Made by a program: the position numbers and the translations under genes | Shown here: positions 45,790 to 56,223 of the stretch, one piece after another | Layout of the letters: each line of letters starts with the position of its first letter | Numbering within the stretch: position 1 is the first letter of the stretch | Notes under the pieces: model-generated | What the model was told of the DNA's origin: nothing | Seen by the model: the letters and a program-made list of their open reading frames with translations, nothing else | Databases searched by the model: none | Source: Candidatus Omnitrophota bacterium | GTDB lineage: Bacteria; Omnitrophota; Gorgyraeia; Zapsychrales; Zapsychraceae | Length of the DNA stretch: 64,000 nt | Assembly (NCBI GenBank): GCA_035292445.1 | Contig: DATDQB010000023.1 | Span: 153,533 to 217,532 of the forward strand | Direction of reading: 5' to 3'

Positions 45790-47379
45790 ATGTCAACGGA
45801 TAATTCACGCCGGGCGGATTCTCACCGCAGCCTTATCAAGTCCACGTCCATTTTATCGATCGGGACGCTGACCTCGCGTATTTTCGGCTTTTTAAGGGAC
45901 GTGGTCCTGGCCAAGATGCTGGGCACGGGATTTAGTGCGGACGCGTTTTTCGTGGCGCTACGCATACCGAACCTTTTCCGCGATTTGGTCGGGGAAGGAG
46001 CGACCAATTCCGCGGTCGTGCCGATTTTCTCCGAATACAAACATTCCAAAAGCGCGGAGGAATTCTGGCGTTTCGCCAGCATAGTTTTAAGTTTGGCGAT
46101 GATCGCCTTAAGCGTGATCGTCATTTTGGGGGTTTTGTTCGCGCCGGTCATCGTTCGCCTCATTGTCCCCGGCTTTATGGCGGATGCGGCAAAGCTTGAG
46201 CTGACCATTAAACTGACGAGGATCCTTTTCCCTTATTTGGTTTTTATCGGGTTGACCGCTTACAGCATGGGGATCCTTTACACGTTCCGCTCCTTTGCCA
46301 TCCCGGCGTTTACCCACAGTCTGCTTAATATTTCCATTGTCATCAGCGCGCTGGTGGCGTCCCGCACGATGGAAGAGCCGGTTTTCGGGATTGCGGCCGG
46401 GGTTCTTGTCGGCGGAGTCTTGCAGTTGGCTTTTCAAATCTGGCCGATGATAAGAATCGGGATGCGTTTGAGCTGGCCTAAGTCGCTTAAGCACGAAGGG
46501 GCGAAACGTATCGGGATGCTTTTGATCCCGCGGATGCTGGGAAGCGGGGTATATCAATTGACGGTGTTGATCGATACGTTCTGCGCTTCCATAGCTTCCG
46601 TTGTCGGCCCGGGAGGGATTTCCGCCATTTACTATTCCAACCGCATCATTAACCTTCCGATGGGGCTTTTTTCGGTCGCCCTGGCCTCCGCCGCCTTACC
46701 GACCTTGTCAAGCATGGCGAGCAAAAAAGACCATGAGTCGATGAAAAAAACGATCGTCTTTGCCTTGGAGAACATCTTTTTCGTCATGTGCCCGACAACG
46801 GTGATCTTGATGATCCTTTCAACGCCGATCATCCGTGTATTATTCGAACGGGGCGCTTTCGACGTTTATTCAACGCACATCACCTCATCCGCGCTTTCTT
46901 TTTTTGCGTTGGGATTGTTCAGCTTCGGCAGCATCAAGATCATGGTCACGGCTTTTCACGCGCTGCAGGATACCAAAACGCCGGTCAAAGTGGCCGCGTT
47001 ATGTTTAGGCATCAATACGGTGCTGAATTTCATCCTGATGTTCCCTTTTAAAGTGGCGGGGATCGCTTTGGCGAGCGCGATCGCCGGTACGGTCGACTTT
47101 TTGGTCTTGTTCTACATTTTGGATAAACGCTTGGACGGGCTTAACGGCGGACTGTGGCGGTTTTTTGTGAAGGTCGCGTTTGCCTCGCTTTTAATGGGAT
47201 TGTTCGAGCTGATCAGCTGGAAGCTGGTCACGTTTATACCCGAGGCGGCCAAACTTTTTATCATCGGCGGTTTGGGATTCGTGTTTTATTGGGGCGTGTG
47301 TTTGGCCGTGAAGATCACGCAAGCGCATAAGATCCTTGATTGGATCAAGGGTCAGTTGCCGGACGATGAGTATGATTAA
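45790..47379 (+). CDS. murJ: Lipid II flippase MurJ (MviN)
   Basis: Conserved N-terminus (FLRDVVLAKMLGTGFSADAFFVALRIPNLFRDLVGEGATNSAVVP). 14 predicted TM helices. Size is 529 aa. Confidence 0.85.
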   Translation: MSTDNSRRADSHRSLIKSTSILSIGTLTSRIFGFLRDVVLAKMLGTGFSADAFFVALRIPNLFRDLVGEGATNSAVVPIFSEYKHSKSAEEFWRFASIVLSLAMIALSVIVILGVLFAPVIVRLIVPGFMADAAKLELTIKLTRILFPYLVFIGLTAYSMGILYTFRSFAIPAFTHSLLNISIVISALVASRTMEEPVFGIAAGVLVGGVLQLAFQIWPMIRIGMRLSWPKSLKHEGAKRIGMLLIPRMLGSGVYQLTVLIDTFCASIASVVGPGGISAIYYSNRIINLPMGLFSVALASAALPTLSSMASKKDHESMKKTIVFALENIFFVMCPTTVILMILSTPIIRVLFERGAFDVYSTHITSSALSFFALGLFSFGSIKIMVTAFHALQDTKTPVKVAALCLGINTVLNFILMFPFKVAGIALASAIAGTVDFLVLFYILDKRLDGLNGGLWRFFVKVAFASLLMGLFELISWKLVTFIPEAAKLFIIGGLGFVFYWGVCLAVKITQAHKILDWIKGQLPDDEYD

Positions 47380-48616
47380 AGAAAGAATCAAAAATCTTCC
47401 CTTAACGAGCGGCGTTTATTTGATGAAAGACGCCTCTGGCAAGGTCATTTACGTCGGCAAAGCGGTGTCGTTGCGGGCGCGCGTCCAGTCCTATTTTCGG
47501 CAAAAGCCTCATGGGAGCAAGACAGACCGTTTGGTCGAGGAAATTGCCGGTATCGATGTGATGGAAACGGCCTCGGAAGCCGAAGCCCTTATCTTAGAAG
47601 CGCATCTGATCAAGCTTCATAAACCGAAGTTCAATATAGAGCTGCGCGACGATAAAAGTTATCCCTATATTGAAATTAACGCGGAGGAATTCCCCCGCAT
47701 CTCGGTTGAGAGGCCGCGGCAGAAAAAGAAGGCTTCTGTTTATTACGGGCCGTATGTCGAGCCGCGGCTTATCCGCGAGGCGCTGGGCATCATCCGCAAA
47801 ATTTTCCATTTTCGCACCTGCGAACCCTTTCCCCATAAAGAATGTTTGGATTTTCATATCGGTTTGTGCGACGCGCCGTGCATCGGTCATATCAGTAAGC
47901 CGGAGTATGCAAAAAATATCCGCCGCGTGCGTTTCATTCTCGAAGGGAAAAAAGACGAGCTTTTGCGCCACTTAAATCAGGAAATGGAAAGTCATGTCAA
48001 GGCCCAGGAGTTTGAAAAGGCGGCCAAAGCGCGCGATCAGATTCGGGCGATCGGTGCGTTATATTCCAGCACCAAGGATATCAATTATTTCAAGGAAGCC
48101 GAGCAGCTCAAGCGAACGCTTGATCTGCCCAGGGTCCCCAGCCGCATCGAGACCTTTGACATTTCCAATATCATGGGCAACCAGGCCGTCGGCTCGATGG
48201 TGTCTTTTTTTAACGGCAGGCCGGATAAGAATAATTACCGGAAGTTCCGTATCAAAGAGGTCGATGGCATCGATGATTTCCGGATGATCGCCGAGGTCGT
48301 GCGTCGGCGCTACCGGCGGCTTAAGAACGAAGGGCGGATCTTCCCGGATCTGATCGTCATTGACGGCGGTAAGGGGCAATTGTCAGCGGCGTGCCAGGAA
48401 CTCGAAAACCTTGAAGTGGAGATCCCTATCATTTCTCTGGCTAAACGCGAGGAAGAAATATTCATGCCTCATAAGAGGAATGCCGTTAAGATGAATAAAG
48501 ATTCGCTGGGGTTGAAACTGCTGCAGCGCATGCGCGATGAGGCGCACCGCTTTGCCATTAATTATCATCGAATATTAAGGAGTAAACATGCGTTTATCCG
48601 TGAAGAAAGAACCTAA
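47372..48616 (+). CDS. uvrC: UvrC-like excinuclease subunit lacking the C-terminal (HhH)2 domain
   Basis: GIY-YIG domain (GVYLMKDASGKVIYVGKAVSLRARV). UVR domain (EFEKAAKARDQIRAI). RNase H-like endonuclease domain. The protein stops right after the HRFAINYHR block. The start overlaps the murJ stop. Confidence 0.65.
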   Translation: MIKERIKNLPLTSGVYLMKDASGKVIYVGKAVSLRARVQSYFRQKPHGSKTDRLVEEIAGIDVMETASEAEALILEAHLIKLHKPKFNIELRDDKSYPYIEINAEEFPRISVERPRQKKKASVYYGPYVEPRLIREALGIIRKIFHFRTCEPFPHKECLDFHIGLCDAPCIGHISKPEYAKNIRRVRFILEGKKDELLRHLNQEMESHVKAQEFEKAAKARDQIRAIGALYSSTKDINYFKEAEQLKRTLDLPRVPSRIETFDISNIMGNQAVGSMVSFFNGRPDKNNYRKFRIKEVDGIDDFRMIAEVVRRRYRRLKNEGRIFPDLIVIDGGKGQLSAACQELENLEVEIPIISLAKREEEIFMPHKRNAVKMNKDSLGLKLLQRMRDEAHRFAINYHRILRSKHAFIREERT

Positions 48617-48890
48617 ATTAACCGCGTTTCAATGGAAAGTGCTTAAAGCCACGATGGAAATCCCGCTGGGGCAGACCCGCTCCTACAAGTGGGTGGCCCA
48701 AAGAATCGGAAAACCTACGGCACTCCGGGCTGTTGGCCAGGCCCTACGCAGGAATCCGTACCCTGTTATCATTCCCTGCCACCGGGTCATCCGGGAGGAC
48801 GGCTCGCTGGCCGGTTACGCGGGAGGCTCTTCCAAAAGAAAAGCCGAGCTTTTGGAACGCGAGCAGAAGATCCTCAATCAGCTAAAGTAA
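48588..48890 (+). CDS. ogt: Methylated-DNA--protein-cysteine methyltransferase, DNA-binding/active-site domain only
   Basis: PCHRVI active-site motif; HTH preceding it. Size is 100 aa. Overlaps the uvrC-like gene by 29 nt. Confidence 0.7.
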   Translation: MRLSVKKEPKLTAFQWKVLKATMEIPLGQTRSYKWVAQRIGKPTALRAVGQALRRNPYPVIIPCHRVIREDGSLAGYAGGSSKRKAELLEREQKILNQLK

Positions 48891-48971
48891 CTGTTGAGCT
48901 GGGTCGGTTTCTTAGGTACAATGCTAAAAAACTTATAAATCTAAAAATATTAATAATATAAGGGGTCGGCC

Positions 48972-50057
48972 ATGAAACTCAAAGATTTGTTCAATCTCAT
49001 GGTGGAAAAAGAAGCGTCGGATCTTTATTTGAGGACCAACGCCATGCCGCGGGCGCGGATCAACGGTCAGGTGGAGGTTATCCATAATGACGCTATGCCC
49101 AAAGCTGAAATGCTGGCGTTGACTAACCTTCTTTTGGCCAGTGAGCAGCGCAAGCAAGTCTTCAAGGAGAAGCAGGATATTGATTTCATTCATGAAGAAG
49201 AGGGCGTGGGGCGGTTTCGCGTCAATGTCTTTACCCAGCGCGGCTCACCGGCGGTGGTGGCCCGGCACATTCATACCAGCGTGCGCAGTTTTGAAGAGCT
49301 GAACTTGCCGGCGCAGTTATTTAAAAAATTTGCGGAAGAATCCAAAGGCTTGTTTCTGGTCTGCGGCCCGGCCGGTAACGGGAAATCGACGGCCATTGCG
49401 AGCCTCATAGATCACATCAACAGCATTTCCGCCAAGCATATCATCACCATCGAGGACCCGATCGAATTCCTTTTTAAGGACAAGAAAAGCATTATCAATC
49501 AGCGCGAACTGGGGATCGATGTGCGCACCTATTCTCACGCGCTTCGCTTTGTCACCCAGCAAAGCCCGGACATCATTTATATCGGCAACATCCGTGATGA
49601 GGAGACCATGCGGGCCGCCATCACCGCAACCGAGTTGGGGACGTTTGTCATCACGACGTTCCATACGATCAACGCGGTCCAGACGATCGTGCGCATGGTC
49701 AATTTTTTCCCGCCGCATTTGCATGATGAAATAAGGATACAATTGTCGCTGATCCTAAAGGGAACCATTTCTCTAAGGCTCTTGGCACGTAAAGACGGTC
49801 AAGGTCGCATCCCGGCTTTTGAGACGATGGTCGTGACCCCCACCATCGCCCGGTTGATCCGCGAGGGAAAGATCCAGGAGATCCAGAATTTTATAGACGA
49901 GGGCACCCTCTTCGGGATGCAGTCTTTCAAAAAGTCATTGGTCAATTTGGTCAAAGCGGGCCTTGTTGATTCGGAAGAAGCCAGAAAGCTTTCCGACAGC
50001 AAGGACGAATTCGACCAGGCGATGATGGGTATAAGAAGCAAATTTGATTCAGAGTAA
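48972..50057 (+). CDS. pilT: Type IV pilus retraction ATPase PilT
   Basis: Walker A GPAGNGKST. PilT N-terminus (LYLRTNAMPRARINGQ). Size is 361 aa. Confidence 0.8.
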   Translation: MKLKDLFNLMVEKEASDLYLRTNAMPRARINGQVEVIHNDAMPKAEMLALTNLLLASEQRKQVFKEKQDIDFIHEEEGVGRFRVNVFTQRGSPAVVARHIHTSVRSFEELNLPAQLFKKFAEESKGLFLVCGPAGNGKSTAIASLIDHINSISAKHIITIEDPIEFLFKDKKSIINQRELGIDVRTYSHALRFVTQQSPDIIYIGNIRDEETMRAAITATELGTFVITTFHTINAVQTIVRMVNFFPPHLHDEIRIQLSLILKGTISLRLLARKDGQGRIPAFETMVVTPTIARLIREGKIQEIQNFIDEGTLFGMQSFKKSLVNLVKAGLVDSEEARKLSDSKDEFDQAMMGIRSKFDSE

Positions 50058-50061
50058 GATT

Positions 50062-51160
50062 ATGGCCGAAGGATTACAAGAACGGATTGACACGATCATC
50101 CAGAAACTCCATGAGCTAAGGGGGTTTCTTTGACCTTCCCCGCAAAGAAGAGCGCATCAAGACCATTCAGGAGCAGATGAACCAGCCCAATTTCTGGGAA
50201 TCTTCCCAATCCAATACGTTGATGGGGGAATTGAAATTTCTTAGATCCTGCGTGGAGCCTTTTGAGGAAATGTCGCTTAAGCTCAAGGAACTTAAAGAGT
50301 TTCTCTCGATCTGCGAAGAAGACATGGAAATGGTCAGCCAAATCGATAGGGATCTTGCCAAGATCGAGAAGGACGCCGGGGATTTGGAGCTTAAGAGCTT
50401 GCTTTCGGGGCCGTATGACCGTAACGATGCCATTTTAAGCATTAATGCCGGCGCCGGGGGGACGGAAAGCTGCGATTGGGCGAGCATGCTTCTTCGGATG
50501 TATATGCGATGGGCCGAAAATCATGATTATACGGTCAAGACGCTTGATATCCTCCCCGGCGAGGAGGCGGGGGTTAAAAACGTGACCCTTTCCATCGAAG
50601 GGCCGATGGCTTACGGTTATTTAAAGTGCGAGAAGGGCGTCCATCGGCTGGTAAGGATTTCCCCTTTTGATGCCAACAAACGCCGGCACACCTCTTTTGC
50701 CTCGGTCGATGTCATCCCGCAGATCACGGAAGATATTGACATCGAGATCAAACCGGATGAGCTGCGCATTGATATTTACCGTTCTTCAGGCCCCGGCGGG
50801 CAAAGCGTCAACACAACCGACTCGGCGGTGCGCATGACCCATCTGCCGACGGGTATTGTGGCCCAGTGCCAGAACGAGCGTTCCCAGCTGCAAAACCGGC
50901 AGATGGCCATGAAAATATTGCGGGCAAGATTATACGAAAAAAAACGCAAAGAGCAGGAAGAGGTTATGTCCAAAGAGCACGGCCAAAAACAAAAGATCGA
51001 ATGGGGAAGCCAGATCCGTTCTTATGTCATGCATCCTTATTCGATGGTCAAAGACCACCGCAGCGATGTTGAAACAGGGAATGTGCAGAAAGTGATGGAT
51101 GGGTGGCTCGATCCGTTCATTGAAGCGTTTTTGAGGATGAGACCGGAAAATAAAAGTTAG
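50062..51160 (+). CDS. prfB: Peptide chain release factor 2, requiring programmed +1 frameshift at CTT TGA C (50128-50134)
   Basis: ORF0 runs MAEGLQERIDTIIQKLHELRGFL-stop. An internal SD, AGGGGG, sits 3 nt upstream of the CTT TGA C slippery site. The +1 frame continues DLPRKEERIKTIQEQMNQPNFW... and holds the RF2 motifs (SPF, GGQ in GPGGQSVN). Confidence 0.9.
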
Positions 51161-51218
51161 CTATCAGTCATCAGACATCAGCTATCAGAAGCTGACGACT
51201 GACGACTGACGACTGAAA
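51161..51218. repeat. Simple-repeat hairpin element (ATCAG/CTGAT units plus 3x CGACTGA tandem) between prfB and secA
   Basis: CAGCT-ATCAGA-AGCTG hairpin followed by the tandem GACGACTGACGACTGACGACTGA. Shares CAGTCATCAGA and ATCAGAAGCTG with the 31578 element. Confidence 0.55.
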
Positions 51219-51225
51219 GCTTAAA

Positions 51226-54204
51226 ATGTTAGATTTTTTATTACAAAAAGGCGCCATCAAGGGCGCGCAAAAATTCATCGACCGCTTGGAGCCCAAGGTG
51301 AGCGTGCATGTGCACCCTGAAATCCCTTTTTCGTCTCTCGGGCAGCTGAAGAAGATGTGCATCGTTGTTTCCCAGGTTAACGGCATGGAAGAGGCGATCA
51401 GCAAATTAAGCGATGAACAATTAAAGGCCAAAACGCAGGAATTAAAAGGCCGCTATGCCCAAGCGGTGGCCAAAGACAGGGAAGAATTTCAAGATTTGGA
51501 AAAAAGTTTTCGGGAAGCGAAAGATTTTGAGGAAAAAGAGAGTTTAAATCTTCAGATCGAGAAAAAAGAAGAGGAGTTCCGGCAACTGAAACAGGAAGTC
51601 TTAAGAGCCCTTATCCCAGAGGCCTTTGCGGTCGTGCGGGAGGTCGGCAAAAGGACGCTGAACATGCGCCATTTTGACGTGCAGCTCATCGGCGGCATGG
51701 TCCTTAATGACGGCAACATCGCTGAAATGACGACCGGTGAAGGTAAAACGCTGGTGGCGACCCTTCCGGCGTACTTGAACGCCTTAACGGGAGAAGGCGT
51801 CCATATTGTCACGGTCAACGACTATTTGGCCAAACGCGACCGTGAATGGATGGGGCCGATCTTTGAATTCTTGGGGCTAACGGTCGGCGTTATTGTGCAC
51901 GATTTGATGCCCAAAGAGCGCCAGCAGGAGTATGGATGTGACATCACTTACGGAACCAACAATGAATTCGGTTTCGATTATCTGCGCGATAACATGGTCA
52001 GTTTCAAGGAAGAAATGGTCCAGCGCCCGCATCATTACGCCATCGTCGATGAGGTGGACAGCATTTTGGTCGATGAGGCCCGCACGCCTTTGATCATTTC
52101 CGGCCCGGCCGAGGAATCGACAGATAAATATTATCGGGCGAATGAAATTGTCAAGAAATTAAAAGGGCGGCGCATTACGGACAAAGACGAGAGTGAGGCC
52201 AAGTATAAACAGGTGGACCTAATGACCGGTTACGATTATTTGGCTAACGAGAAAGATCGTTCTATTAATTTGACGGAAGAGGGAGAAATCAAGGCGGCTA
52301 AAATGTTCGGCGTTGACAATCTTCATGATATGCAAACCATGGAAGACCGCCATCATATATTGCAGGCGCTCAAAGCCAAGGAATTTTTTAAGATCGATGT
52401 CGATTATGTCGCTAAAGACGGCGAGGTCATTATTGTCGATGAATTCACGGGCCGGCTCATGCCGGGGCGAAGATGGTCGGACGGGCTTCACCAGGCGGTC
52501 GAGGCCAAAGAAGGCATCAAGATCGAACGGGAGAACCAGACGCTGGCCACCATTACGTTCCAGAATTATTTCCGCCTTTATGAAAAGCTCGCTGGCATGA
52601 CCGGGACCGCTAACACGGAAGCCAGTGAATTCAAGGAAATATATGAATTGGATGTCGTTGTTATCCCGACTAACAAGCCGATGAAGCGAAATAATTATGC
52701 CGATTCGGTCTATCGCAGTTTGCGCGAGAAATATAACGCGATCGTTGCCGAGATCGAGGAATGCCATAAGCGTGGCCAGCCGAGTTTGGTCGGTACGATA
52801 TCGATAGAGAAGTCCGAACATTTATCGCGCATGCTCGCCCAGCAAGGCATAGCGCACCAGGTTTTAAACGCCAAATACCATGAGCAGGAAGCCAATATCA
52901 TCGCCCAGGCCGGGCGGTTTAAGGCTGTTACGATCGCCACCAACATGGCCGGGCGCGGAACGGACATCGTCCTTGGCGGGAACGCGGAGTTTTTAGCCAA
53001 AAATTTGGCTGCCCAGAAAGCCTCCGAAGCTAAGGACGAATTGGAAAAAGAAAATCTGGTAAAGAAATTCCTGGAACAGTTCCGCCAGCAATGCAAAGAG
53101 GAGCAGCGCAAAGTCATCGAGCAAGGGGGATTGCATGTCATCGGCTCCGAACGCCATGAATCCCGCCGGATCGACAACCAGCTGCGCGGCCGCCAAGGCC
53201 GTCAGGGCGATCCAGGCTCATCGCGTTTTTATGTTTCGCTGGAAGATGATTTGATGCGGCTTTTTGCCTCGGACCGCATTATCGGGCTCATGGACAAACT
53301 CGGCATGGAGGAGGGCCAGGTCCTGGAGCATCCGTGGCTGACGGGTGCCATAGAAAACGCGCAGCGGCGGGTGGAGGCCCATAACTTTGAGATCCGAAAG
53401 CATTTGCTGGAATACGATAATGTCATGAACCGCCAGCGGGAAGTCATTTATGATCTCAGGCGTACCATTCTTGAATCCAGCGATATCAGGGACCAGATCC
53501 TGGGCTATATCGAGGAAACGCTGCAGAACGCGATTCCCCAATATCTCAATACGCAGCAAGGGGAAGAGGTGGTTGCCGACGCGGAAGGGCTGGACGTTTA
53601 TTTAAAATCCAATTTTGGCTATGACCTTGGCGATTTGAAGGGCCGGTTGCAGGAGACGGAGCAGGCCCAGGTTATTGAAACGGTCCTTAAAGGGGTCCTT
53701 GATTTATACGCAAAGAAAGAGCAGGCGATCGGAGCGCAGCCATTACGTTACATGGAACGCATGTTTTTGTTAAACACGATTGACACCAAATGGAAAGACC
53801 ATCTTTACGCGATGGATCAATTGAAGTCGGGGATCGGGCTGCGCTCTTTTGCCCAGCGCGATCCTTTGATCGAGTATAAAAAGGAAGGCTTTGCGATGTT
53901 TGAGATGATGTACGCCACCATCGCCCAGGAAGTGGCGGAGATCATTTTCAAGATCCATCCCGTCGGGGAGGCCCCTGCGCGCCCGCGCGGGGTGTTCAGC
54001 TCCCTGCCGCAACGGCTGGTTCATGATGAAATAACGTCATTGTCGGCTTCCGCCAGAGCTCCGGTTGCTTCCCAGCCGCAACCTGCTGCACAAGCATCTC
54101 CTCCCAAACTCACTCCGATCCAAAGCAACGAACCCAAAGTCGGCCGCAACGACCCTTGCCCGTGCGGCAGCGGGAAAAAATATAAAAAATGCTGCGGTAA
54201 ATAA
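51226..54204 (+). CDS. secA: Preprotein translocase ATPase SecA
   Basis: Size is 992 aa. DEAD-like motor motifs. C-terminal zinc-binding tail [14 protein letters not shown]. Confidence 0.95.
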   Translation: MLDFLLQKGAIKGAQKFIDRLEPKVSVHVHPEIPFSSLGQLKKMCIVVSQVNGMEEAISKLSDEQLKAKTQELKGRYAQAVAKDREEFQDLEKSFREAKDFEEKESLNLQIEKKEEEFRQLKQEVLRALIPEAFAVVREVGKRTLNMRHFDVQLIGGMVLNDGNIAEMTTGEGKTLVATLPAYLNALTGEGVHIVTVNDYLAKRDREWMGPIFEFLGLTVGVIVHDLMPKERQQEYGCDITYGTNNEFGFDYLRDNMVSFKEEMVQRPHHYAIVDEVDSILVDEARTPLIISGPAEESTDKYYRANEIVKKLKGRRITDKDESEAKYKQVDLMTGYDYLANEKDRSINLTEEGEIKAAKMFGVDNLHDMQTMEDRHHILQALKAKEFFKIDVDYVAKDGEVIIVDEFTGRLMPGRRWSDGLHQAVEAKEGIKIERENQTLATITFQNYFRLYEKLAGMTGTANTEASEFKEIYELDVVVIPTNKPMKRNNYADSVYRSLREKYNAIVAEIEECHKRGQPSLVGTISIEKSEHLSRMLAQQGIAHQVLNAKYHEQEANIIAQAGRFKAVTIATNMAGRGTDIVLGGNAEFLAKNLAAQKASEAKDELEKENLVKKFLEQFRQQCKEEQRKVIEQGGLHVIGSERHESRRIDNQLRGRQGRQGDPGSSRFYVSLEDDLMRLFASDRIIGLMDKLGMEEGQVLEHPWLTGAIENAQRRVEAHNFEIRKHLLEYDNVMNRQREVIYDLRRTILESSDIRDQILGYIEETLQNAIPQYLNTQQGEEVVADAEGLDVYLKSNFGYDLGDLKGRLQETEQAQVIETVLKGVLDLYAKKEQAIGAQPLRYMERMFLLNTIDTKWKDHLYAMDQLKSGIGLRSFAQRDPLIEYKKEGFAMFEMMYATIAQEVAEIIFKIHPVGEAPARPRGVFSSLPQRLVHDEITSLSASARAPVASQPQPAAQASPPKLTPIQSNEPKVGRNDPCPCGSGKKYKKCCGK

Positions 54205-55736
54205 TGGAATCCATCCGTTCGAACATAAAAGATGTGCTTCTGGTTATTCTTTCCTCAACGCTTTTGATCCTCGCTTTTCCTAAAACCGATTGGTGGTTGT
54301 TATCTTGGGCAGCGCTTGTCCCGTTTTTTTATGCCTTGGAACGAAAAGGGCCGCGCGGCTGTTTCATTTTAAGTTTTATCGCCGGGGTGATCTTTTTCGC
54401 CGGCACGCTGTACTGGTTTATTTATGTGACGAAATTGGGCGCTGCGTTATTGGTTTTGTACTGTTCCGTTTATTTCGGGCTTTTCGGATGCGCCTACCAT
54501 TTTGTCCGTGGGAAAGCGCTCGGGATAAAAATGATTTTTCTTCCCGGCTTTTGGGTGACGCTGGAATTTGCGCGGGCCCATTTGATGAGCGGCTTCGGCT
54601 GGGCGTCGTTGGGGCACAGCCAGTATAAAAATTTAATTTTTGTTCAATTGGCGGATGGTACGGGAGTATTCGGCATATCGTTTCTGGTTGTCTTGGTCAA
54701 CGTGGTCGTTAAAGGGTGGGTTGATCAGCTCATGAAAAAGAAAAAAGACGATCAATTGGGTAAAGTTTCGTTGATCCTTGCGGCCTTTTTGTTACTCGTC
54801 GGCGGGTATGGTACTTATCGTTTGCAGGAAAAGACAGACGGGGAAACGGTATCTATCGCCGTCGTTCAGGGCAACATCCCACAGGAGCTGAAATGGCACG
54901 AGCCGTATTGGCCGGATATTATGGAAAAATACAAAATTTTAACCCGGCAGGCGGCGCTTGATGCGCCGGATCTAATCATCTGGCCGGAGACTTCTTTTCC
55001 CGGATATGTCGGGGAGCATGATGAGCTTTTTGATCAACTAAAAGAGTTTATTGCCGAATTGGGCATCCCGCTTCTTTTGGGCAGCGTGGTCAGGGAGGAC
55101 GACCGTTATTACAATTCCGCGGTTTTGATCTCTAAGGAAGGGAAAATGGACCAGCGCTACGATAAGCTCCATTTAGTGCCTTTCGGGGAATACATTCCTT
55201 TTCGTAAATTCTTTCCGTTTTTGTCCCAGATCGTCCCGATCGCCGATTTCAGCAAAGGGACCCAATTCACATTGTTTGCCGTTCCGACAAAGCCACAGCG
55301 TCATCTGGCGGTCTTGATCTGTTTTGAAGACAGCATGGGCTATTTATCCAGGCTTTTTGTGCAGCAAGGGGCGCAGTTGCTGGTTAATATCACCAACGAC
55401 GCCTGGTTTGGCGATACGAAGGCGGCGTTCATGCATTTACAAACGGCCGTGTTCCGTTCGGTGGAAAACCGGCGCGAACTGGTCCGCTCGACCAATACGG
55501 GCGTGAGTTGCTTTATCGATGCCAAGGGGCGGATCAAGCGCTTCGTGCAGGATAAAAACGGAAAACAAACCTATGTGTTGGGTCACGCAACGGAAAAGGC
55601 AAGGCTGCATCATTCAAAGACTTTTTATAGCCATTTCGGCGACATTTTCAGTTATTTTTGTTTTGGGGCCGTTTTGGGGGTATTTTTTCTGGAGCGATTG
55701 AGCCTAAAATCAGTATCAGCCAGAAACTCAATTTAA
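54204..55736 (+). CDS. lnt: Apolipoprotein N-acyltransferase
   Basis: N-terminal polytopic domain plus a C-N hydrolase domain (LICFEDSMGY, NITNDAWFG). Size is 510 aa. Confidence 0.85.
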   Translation: MESIRSNIKDVLLVILSSTLLILAFPKTDWWLLSWAALVPFFYALERKGPRGCFILSFIAGVIFFAGTLYWFIYVTKLGAALLVLYCSVYFGLFGCAYHFVRGKALGIKMIFLPGFWVTLEFARAHLMSGFGWASLGHSQYKNLIFVQLADGTGVFGISFLVVLVNVVVKGWVDQLMKKKKDDQLGKVSLILAAFLLLVGGYGTYRLQEKTDGETVSIAVVQGNIPQELKWHEPYWPDIMEKYKILTRQAALDAPDLIIWPETSFPGYVGEHDELFDQLKEFIAELGIPLLLGSVVREDDRYYNSAVLISKEGKMDQRYDKLHLVPFGEYIPFRKFFPFLSQIVPIADFSKGTQFTLFAVPTKPQRHLAVLICFEDSMGYLSRLFVQQGAQLLVNITNDAWFGDTKAAFMHLQTAVFRSVENRRELVRSTNTGVSCFIDAKGRIKRFVQDKNGKQTYVLGHATEKARLHHSKTFYSHFGDIFSYFCFGAVLGVFFLERLSLKSVSARNSI

Positions 55737-55794
55737 TACTAGTAACAAAATTAAGTTTAAATATAATAGGGTATGGATAAGGGAGTTAACGAAG

Positions 55795-56190
55795 ATGAAG
55801 AGCCGTTCGATTATTTTGAATGTTATTTTATGGGTTGAAATCATCGTTTCGGCCCGTGTCTTAATGTTTACCCTGCCGGTCTTAATTACCAAATATACCA
55901 AGGGGCAGTACTATAACGTCACGGTATCGGATTGGGCGATATTGATTGTTACGATCATCGCTGCTTTCTATTTTGTGACGGGAATCGCAGCGGTCTTAAA
56001 ATATAAGGGATGGAAGTTGTTTCATTATTTGGGGTTTTTTCTGACCGCTCTGTTGACGGTCGGTTTGGTCAAAAAAGCGTTAAGCATGGAATTGGCTGTC
56101 TCTTGGGGATTTTTCCTGCCGCTTTTGATTTCCGCTTCTTTGGCCATGGTTGCCATTTCTTATGAGCGGCAAGCCAAGCCATTAATTTAG
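55795..56190 (+). CDS. Hypothetical 4-TM membrane protein (paralog of the N-terminal module of the next gene)
   Basis: Four hydrophobic helices. IAAVLKYKGWKLFHYLGFFLTALL aligns to IAVVLYREWGRMLLVAFNIILGLY of 56224-56955. Confidence 0.4.
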   Translation: MKSRSIILNVILWVEIIVSARVLMFTLPVLITKYTKGQYYNVTVSDWAILIVTIIAAFYFVTGIAAVLKYKGWKLFHYLGFFLTALLTVGLVKKALSMELAVSWGFFLPLLISASLAMVAISYERQAKPLI

Positions 56191-56223
56191 GCAGATGGGC
56201 CAATAAAATCGAGGAGGCGAACC

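Noticed and set aside
52219-53177. Minus-strand ORFs of 200 and 155 aa inside secA
   Set aside because: They are antisense to secA and have no start context or homology.
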